Positions 58,495-64,000 of a DNA stretch of 64,000 nt are shown here, in pieces; the stretch's first letter is position 1; each line of letters opens with the position of its first letter. The notes beneath the pieces are model-generated. The model had not been told where the DNA came from. It saw only the letters and a list, made by a program, of their open reading frames with translations, and ran no database searches. Position numbers and translations under genes: made by a program. Source of the stretch: an uncultured delta proteobacterium (GTDB taxonomy: Bacteria > Myxococcota_A > Polyangia > Polyangiales > Houyiibacteriaceae); assembly GCA_963699755.1 (NCBI GenBank), contig CAVOVB010000004.1, positions 32,001-96,000 on the forward strand, in the 5' to 3' direction.

Positions 58495-59685
58495 ATGTCA
58501 ACAGACCAAGACCTCCCAAAACGAATTCTCGACTACCTCGACGGCCATCGCGCGGAGATGGCCGCTCTGCTGGAACGACTGGTGCTCTGCGAATCTCCTT
58601 CCGGCGATCGCGCCTCGCTGCTGCGTGTGATGGGCCTCCTCTCGGAGGCGTTTTCCGAGCGAGGGTTCCGCCCGCGCATCATCGCAGGCAAAGAGAGCGG
58701 CGGCATGCTCTTGGCCATGCCCGACCGCCGGCCACGCCATCGTCCGCATCAACTCCTCCTGGGCCACTGCGATACGGTCTGGCCGATCGGGACGCTAGAG
58801 ACGATGCCGGCCAAAACCGAAGATGGCACCTTCTGGGGGCCCGGCTCCTACGACATGAAGGCAGGCCTCACACAAGGCCTCTTTGCCATCGAGGCGCTTG
58901 CCGCCGCCCGTGCCGACGCGCTCGCGGTCACTCCTGTCTTCGTCATCAACTCAGACGAAGAAATTGGCAGTCGCGAATCGACCCGCGTGATCACCCGATT
59001 CGCGCGCCGGGCCGATCGTTGTTTCGTCCTCGAGCCTTCGCTTGGCCCAGATGGAAACCTCAAGACCGCGCGCAAGGGCGTGGGTAGCTTCACGATCACC
59101 GTTCGGGGCAAGGCCGCGCATGCGGGCCTCGACCCAGGCAAGGGCGCAAGCGCGATCCTCGAGCTCTCGCTCATCATTCAGAAGCTATTCGCGCTCAATG
59201 ACCTCGAAAACGGTGTCACGATTAACGTAGGCACGATCGACGGCGGCCTCAGCGCAAACGTGGTCGCACCCAAGAGCAGTGCGCTCGTCGACGTCCGGGT
59301 CCCCACTTTGGAAGATGCAGAGCGCATCGAGAAGGCCATCCACGCGATCGAAGCTCAAACACCTGGCACGCAAGTCGAAATCGAAGGCTCGGTTCGCCGG
59401 CCCCCGATGGAGCGCACGCCGCGCAACCAGCGCCTCTGGCAGCTCGCGCGGCGCGGCGCCGAGGAGCTCGGCATCGAGATCGAACAAGCGGCAGCGGGTG
59501 GCGGCTCGGACGGAAATACGACGAGCCAGTTCGCTCCGACGCTAGATGGCCTTGGCGCGGTCGGCGCTGGCGCGCATGCGGTCAACGAGCATCTGCTGCT
59601 CGACAAGATGGTAGAACGCTCGGCGCTCCTAGCGACGCTGCTCTCGTTTCCGCCGCTCGACGACGTAATGCCACCGCCCCTTTAG
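58495..59685 (+). CDS. M20 metallopeptidase (glutamate carboxypeptidase-like)
   Basis: ESPS, GH.DTV, GPG.YDMKAG, DEEIGS, G.AAHAG, GGGSDGN, GAHA..E. Confidence 0.92.
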   Translation: MSTDQDLPKRILDYLDGHRAEMAALLERLVLCESPSGDRASLLRVMGLLSEAFSERGFRPRIIAGKESGGMLLAMPDRRPRHRPHQLLLGHCDTVWPIGTLETMPAKTEDGTFWGPGSYDMKAGLTQGLFAIEALAAARADALAVTPVFVINSDEEIGSRESTRVITRFARRADRCFVLEPSLGPDGNLKTARKGVGSFTITVRGKAAHAGLDPGKGASAILELSLIIQKLFALNDLENGVTINVGTIDGGLSANVVAPKSSALVDVRVPTLEDAERIEKAIHAIEAQTPGTQVEIEGSVRRPPMERTPRNQRLWQLARRGAEELGIEIEQAAAGGGSDGNTTSQFAPTLDGLGAVGAGAHAVNEHLLLDKMVERSALLATLLSFPPLDDVMPPPL

Positions 59686-61073
59686 AGCCCGGCCACCCGA
59701 ATCACCGTGTCGCGTGAAGGTCGATCGTCGCCGACCTGCTCGAGCAGAACGTCCGCGGGGCACTGCGCCGCCTCGAGGAGCGCACGCAAGGGGCGCAGAA
59801 GAACGGTTTCGTCTTCCCCCGCATCATTTAGCGCGCCGATTCGCCGAAGTCCGTCCTCGGCGAGCTCGAGGAGTTCACCTGCCCAATCGACTGCCTCGCG
59901 GTTCATGAACTTCGTGCGAACGCCGTGTCGCGCGAGTGCATCGCGCTGACGTTCGACCTCGGGAAGCGGCCAGGAGTCGACCAGGCCCTCGAGCCCGCGA
60001 AGGCTCTCGTCGTCGTAGAGAAGCCCCTTCCAAAGCGCAGGCAGGGCAAACAGCATGTCCGGGCGCTGTACGTCCGCGCCTCGACACTCGAGCGTATTCT
60101 TGAGCCTGACCTCCGGGAAGAGCGTGCTCAGATGCATCACCCAGTCTCCGTAGTTCGCTCGGAGCCCCCGAAAGCCTTCTTCCATGAACGAGCGGAACGT
60201 CTGGCCGGTATTGTAGTGAGCTCTGCCATCGCGCTTCACGAGAAACATCGGCACGTCGAGCGCCCAGTCGATGTATTCGAGGTAAGTCGGATGGTCTTTC
60301 CAAGCGAAAGGCAAGAGCCCGGACCGATCCGGGTCCATGTGTAGCCAGGTCAAGGCGCGATACGAGTGATAGCCACTTCGCTTCCCGTCTGCCCATGGGC
60401 TGTTGGCGAACATGGCGGTGGCAAGGGGCTGCGCCTTCAAGCTCACCCGGAGCTTGCGCATGGCGTCCTCCTCGGAGGCGTAGTCGAGATTGGCCTGCAC
60501 GGTGCAGGTCTTGGTCATCATGTCGCCCGCCAGCGTGCCGCGCGTTGGCATGTACTGGCGCATCACGTCGTAACGCATCTTCGGCACCCAGCCGAGCTCC
60601 TTCACCGAAGCAAAGGGGTGGCAGCCAAGCCCGAGCCAGACGAGCCCGAGCTCGTCGATGACCGGTTGAAGTTTGGCCCAATGTAGGTCGGACTCCGCCT
60701 TGCCATCATGAACCGATCGATACGGTGCGCCAGAGAGCTCGATTTGGGAGCCTGGTTCGAGCGTCACGGAGGCGTCCTCACCGCGAAGAGCGACGATTGG
60801 TCCGGCGTCGGTCTCGCGCACCGGCTCCCAGCCCTGTTCCGCAATCAGCCGATCGAAGATCGCCAGGACACTGACCGGCCCGTCATACGGCAAGTGCGCC
60901 CCATCGGCCTTTCGCACCGCGATGCGCTCGGCTTCCGTGCCGATCCGCCAACGCTCCCGCGGCTTCTCAGCGTCATGGAACAGCACGAGCAAGTCATCCA
61001 TCGTGCGAAGCGGGGCATCGGGTTTCGGCAACGTGTCCTCTGAGCTCGACCTTGGGGCGCGGGACCCTACCAC
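59682..61073 (-). CDS. gshA: Glutamate-cysteine ligase (GCS2, plant/alphaproteobacterial type)
   Basis: IGTE.E, TLEPG.QIELSGAP, PK.RY, MM..TCTVQ.NLD, FANSP, HL.TLFPEVRLK..LE.RGAD. Start uncertain. Confidence 0.92.
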   Translation of the reverse strand: MVGSRAPRSSSEDTLPKPDAPLRTMDDLLVLFHDAEKPRERWRIGTEAERIAVRKADGAHLPYDGPVSVLAIFDRLIAEQGWEPVRETDAGPIVALRGEDASVTLEPGSQIELSGAPYRSVHDGKAESDLHWAKLQPVIDELGLVWLGLGCHPFASVKELGWVPKMRYDVMRQYMPTRGTLAGDMMTKTCTVQANLDYASEEDAMRKLRVSLKAQPLATAMFANSPWADGKRSGYHSYRALTWLHMDPDRSGLLPFAWKDHPTYLEYIDWALDVPMFLVKRDGRAHYNTGQTFRSFMEEGFRGLRANYGDWVMHLSTLFPEVRLKNTLECRGADVQRPDMLFALPALWKGLLYDDESLRGLEGLVDSWPLPEVERQRDALARHGVRTKFMNREAVDWAGELLELAEDGLRRIGALNDAGEDETVLLRPLRALLEAAQCPADVLLEQVGDDRPSRDTVIRVAGL

Positions 61074-61144
61074 GGAGGCTTGGAGAACGCCGCTGGGCCC
61101 AATTCGCGGTTGCGCGCGCCGCCTGGACGTGGTGGAACAGGTCC

Positions 61145-61693
61145 GTGGATCGACTGCTCTACCTTCTTCGCGAACGCGGTTTTCGCCGCGGCCAATTCGT
61201 ATTGAGCTCGGGCAAGAGCAGCGACTTCTTCATCGACTGCAAGCCAGCGGTCCTTCTAGCAGAAGGACATGCGCTGGTAGGCAGAGCCTTGCTCGAGCGA
61301 ATTCGGGACGAGATCGGATCCGTTTCGGCCGTCGCTGGTGTGGAGCTCGGTGGCTGCCCCTTGGCTTCCGCCGTGGCATGCGCGTCCTGGGCCGACGACG
61401 AACCGATCGACGCGGTCTACATCCGGAAGTCCAGCAAGGCACATGGCACTGGGAAGCTGCTCGAAGGTGCCGAACGCTTGGCTCCGAACGCCAAGCTGGT
61501 CATCGTCGAAGACACGGTGACGACCGGCGGCTCCACCTTGCGCGCAGTCCAAGCGGTCCGCGACGCAGGCTTCGAAGTCGCGGGCGTCATTGCCGTGGTC
61601 GACCGGCTCGAGGGAGGTGCTGAGGCCATCCGCGAGGCTGGGGTCGCCTTCAGCACGCTCTACGACCGAACCGACTTCATGGGGGACGCGTGA
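61145..61693 (+). CDS. pyrE: Orotate phosphoribosyltransferase
   Basis: F.LSSG..S.F.ID, RK..K.HG, VEDTVTTGGS, VDR.EGG. Start approximate. Confidence 0.93.
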   Translation: MDRLLYLLRERGFRRGQFVLSSGKSSDFFIDCKPAVLLAEGHALVGRALLERIRDEIGSVSAVAGVELGGCPLASAVACASWADDEPIDAVYIRKSSKAHGTGKLLEGAERLAPNAKLVIVEDTVTTGGSTLRAVQAVRDAGFEVAGVIAVVDRLEGGAEAIREAGVAFSTLYDRTDFMGDA

Positions 61694-62337
61694 GGAAGGC
61701 GACCTTGGCACTCCTTTTCCTTACAGCCCTCGCATCAGCGGGCTGCAGGCAGCCCCCGATTTCGATGCAGCCCGGGTCTCGCACGTTCACGCCCGATTCA
61801 TACGGCAGCGTCTGGGAAGCCTGGACGCGCAACGAGGAAGCCTTCTCCTGGAAGGAGCTCGCCCACGAGATTTTCGTCTCGGCGACCTTCGAGTCCTGGG
61901 AATTCCGTTGGGCCTACGTCGTCCGATACGCCTACGACTACAGCCTCGAGCCTGAGGTGAGAGACGAGATGCTCCAGGCCAGCCTGGCGAGCTCTCGACA
62001 GGAGCACCGGTTCTTCGTCACCTTGTCGGGGCTGGACTTCAAGGAGTCCAATCTTGCCGGTAAAACATCGGCCTGGCGGGTCCTGCTCATCGATCCCGAG
62101 GGGAACCAGACCATCCCGATCCTGATCGAGCGTGTCAGGCGGCCCACGGCGGCCGATCGGGTTTACTTCCCCCAAGTGAACCCATATCGGCAGGTATTTC
62201 GGCTTACATTCCCCGCGGTGGACGCCAAAGGGCGCAAGACCATCCCCGACGACGCCGAATTCATCGTCCTTCGCTTCACTGGGGCCCGAGGCAGGGCTGA
62301 CCTCCGCTGGCAGCTCCGCCCCACCGAGGGCGGCTGA
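61690..62337 (+). CDS. Hypothetical lipoprotein
   Basis: GTG start overlaps the pyrE stop; signal ending SAGC. Confidence 0.75.
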   Translation: MRKATLALLFLTALASAGCRQPPISMQPGSRTFTPDSYGSVWEAWTRNEEAFSWKELAHEIFVSATFESWEFRWAYVVRYAYDYSLEPEVRDEMLQASLASSRQEHRFFVTLSGLDFKESNLAGKTSAWRVLLIDPEGNQTIPILIERVRRPTAADRVYFPQVNPYRQVFRLTFPAVDAKGRKTIPDDAEFIVLRFTGARGRADLRWQLRPTEGG

Positions 62338-62344
62338 CGAAGGT

Positions 62345-62374
62345 TTGACAGCTTCGATTCCTGGTCGCTATCAT
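62345..62374 (+). promoter_or_regulatory. Sigma70-type promoter
   Basis: TTGACA-18 nt-TATCAT. Confidence 0.65.
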
Positions 62375-62434
62375 GCACTGGTCGCGTAAGCCTTCGTAAC
62401 AAATGGGGAAACGGGCTGCGTGGGGAGGTTCAGA

Positions 62435-64000
62435 ATGATTGTGCGCCACAGGGGGTGGGCCGTTGCAGTTCTCATTGCAGCGCTTGGTTTGGGTTGTCAC
62501 GCAGCGGAGGATGATCCTGCGGGACAGGCGGGTGAGCTTTCCGATCCGGTTCGGCGTGAGAACGCCGTTTTCAATCTGAAGGCGATCTACACCGAAACCC
62601 TCGCCGCAAACGGCGGCGATCGGAACAGCGCCGACGTGAAAGCAGTCGCCGACGTGATCGTTGGTCCGCTCACTCAAGCCTACCTCGACTACCCAGAGGA
62701 TCGGATCAACGGCCTTGCGATCTTGGAGCTCCTGTACGAGATGCAAGATCCGCGCAGCGTTCCCGCGCTCATCGAAGCATTGAACTGGCGCACCGAGGTG
62801 TCCGAGGATCATGCGATTCGCGCGGCGCAAACGATTCAGGCGATGAACGTTCCACCCGCAGAGCGGCCCAAGGTGATCCAAGCGCTCGCGCGCTCTCTCG
62901 AACGCATCACCGATGCACGTCCCGAAGACAACAAGATGCGTGTATCGATGATTCGTGCGCTCGGCTCCTTGAAAGACAAAGGTGCGACCGAGATCCTCAC
63001 CAGCATCGCGACCAAGCAAGACGAAAAGCAGAACTTCTTGATCAATCGTCTGGCGGCCCAGCAACTGGGTGAGCTCCGGGACCCAGAGGCAGTTCCTTCG
63101 TTGATCAAGTGCCTCTTCCTCTTTGCGCCGAACCAGCCGGATCTTCGAATGAACGATGTGGCCGCCGAAGCGCTAATCCTCATCGGGCGCCCCTCGCTCA
63201 AGCCCCTGCTCAAAGTGCTCGCCGGCGACGATGCGACGGCGAATACAATCGCCAAGCAGTTCATCGATGCGGTCAAGGCTCGCAGGCCGGACCTGGCGAA
63301 CAAGATGACGGTCCGACAAGTCACCGGAGGCGAAGCGAGCTTTGCGCTGGGCGCGCTCGGGTTCTCGGAGGCCCTGGAGCCACTGCTTGGGGAGGCCGCC
63401 TCCAGCGATACACCGCGCAAGCTGAACGCAGCAATTGCTTTGGTCCGCGTCGACGTGCCGGCCGGGCAAGAAGAGCGCGTTCGGTCGACCTTGAAGAAGG
63501 TCTACGCAGAGCTGCCCAAGGGCTACGAAGGAATCATGATGCGTGGGCAGCTGCTGGCAGCGATCGCGCATACCTATGACGAGGAGATGATGCCCTTCGT
63601 CTACGATCAGGTGGTCGACGCGAAGTCCAATCCGGAGCTTCGCCTGATTGCGGTCCAGAACTACGCGCTGCTGGCGAACGAAGCCGAAGCGGCGAAGCTG
63701 ACGGAGGCCATCGCGAAGGAGCAGCCCTCGGAGGCTGGCGGCTACCGGGAGAAGTTCGAAGAACGCAAGCCACTGCTCGACCTCGCGACCGAGTGCGATA
63801 CCAGCGTCGACTGCTGGGTCTCGAAGGCAGGGAGCGCCGACAACAACACCGCTCGCAAGGGGGCGTACATGCTCGGACGCTATGCGCGCGGAAACGCCAA
63901 GGCGATCGACGCGCTGGTGGGCAAGCTCGGCAGCGACGACTACGGGGTTCGCCTCGCCGCGCTCATGGCGCTCGATCGCATTGCGGACAAAGGCAGCACT
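62435..64000 (+). CDS. HEAT/PBS-lyase repeat lipoprotein, truncated by the window end
   Basis: Absent from the ORF track because there is no stop in the window. RBS GGAGG; MIVRHRGWAVAVLIAALGLGC lipobox; repeats DPRSVPALIEAL, RALGSLKD, LGELRDPEAVPSLIKCL. Confidence 0.85.
   Translation, partial: MIVRHRGWAVAVLIAALGLGCHAAEDDPAGQAGELSDPVRRENAVFNLKAIYTETLAANGGDRNSADVKAVADVIVGPLTQAYLDYPEDRINGLAILELLYEMQDPRSVPALIEALNWRTEVSEDHAIRAAQTIQAMNVPPAERPKVIQALARSLERITDARPEDNKMRVSMIRALGSLKDKGATEILTSIATKQDEKQNFLINRLAAQQLGELRDPEAVPSLIKCLFLFAPNQPDLRMNDVAAEALILIGRPSLKPLLKVLAGDDATANTIAKQFIDAVKARRPDLANKMTVRQVTGGEASFALGALGFSEALEPLLGEAASSDTPRKLNAAIALVRVDVPAGQEERVRSTLKKVYAELPKGYEGIMMRGQLLAAIAHTYDEEMMPFVYDQVVDAKSNPELRLIAVQNYALLANEAEAAKLTEAIAKEQPSEAGGYREKFEERKPLLDLATECDTSVDCWVSKAGSADNNTARKGAYMLGRYARGNAKAIDALVGKLGSDDYGVRLAALMALDRIADKGST

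Overview
GC-rich bacterial chromosome segment, most consistent with Myxococcota (possibly Polyangiales-like). This is inferred from a MYXO-CTERM remnant, many lipoproteins and S/P-rich disordered tails. About 47 CDSs. Most are housekeeping: lexA, glnB, psd, tonB-exbD-exbB, truD, recD2, maf-yggS, proC, pepP, a partial complex I operon nuoABCDGHI, recQ, amrB/amrS, a metB-family gene, HU/IHF, tyrS, gshA and pyrE. The first ~9.6 kb is accessory. It holds a sulfatase, an HFS-motif lipoprotein, a decayed FG-GAP gene, a three-gene HPF-cold-shock/archease/RtcB operon behind a correctly spaced sigma54 promoter, and a REP-associated tyrosine transposase (RAYT) bracketed by inverted copies of a 17-bp REP-like motif. 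The best leads are: (1) the ribosome hibernation + RNA repair operon; (2) the RAYT with its candidate REP family; (3) a MinD/FlhG-J-like-HTH fusion that has lost both the Walker A lysine and the HPD motif and is coupled to maf-yggS; (4) a NuoH with a ~80-aa two-helix insertion at the quinone entrance. No rRNA, tRNA or CRISPR array was seen. All calls come from reading motifs by eye; no database searches were run.
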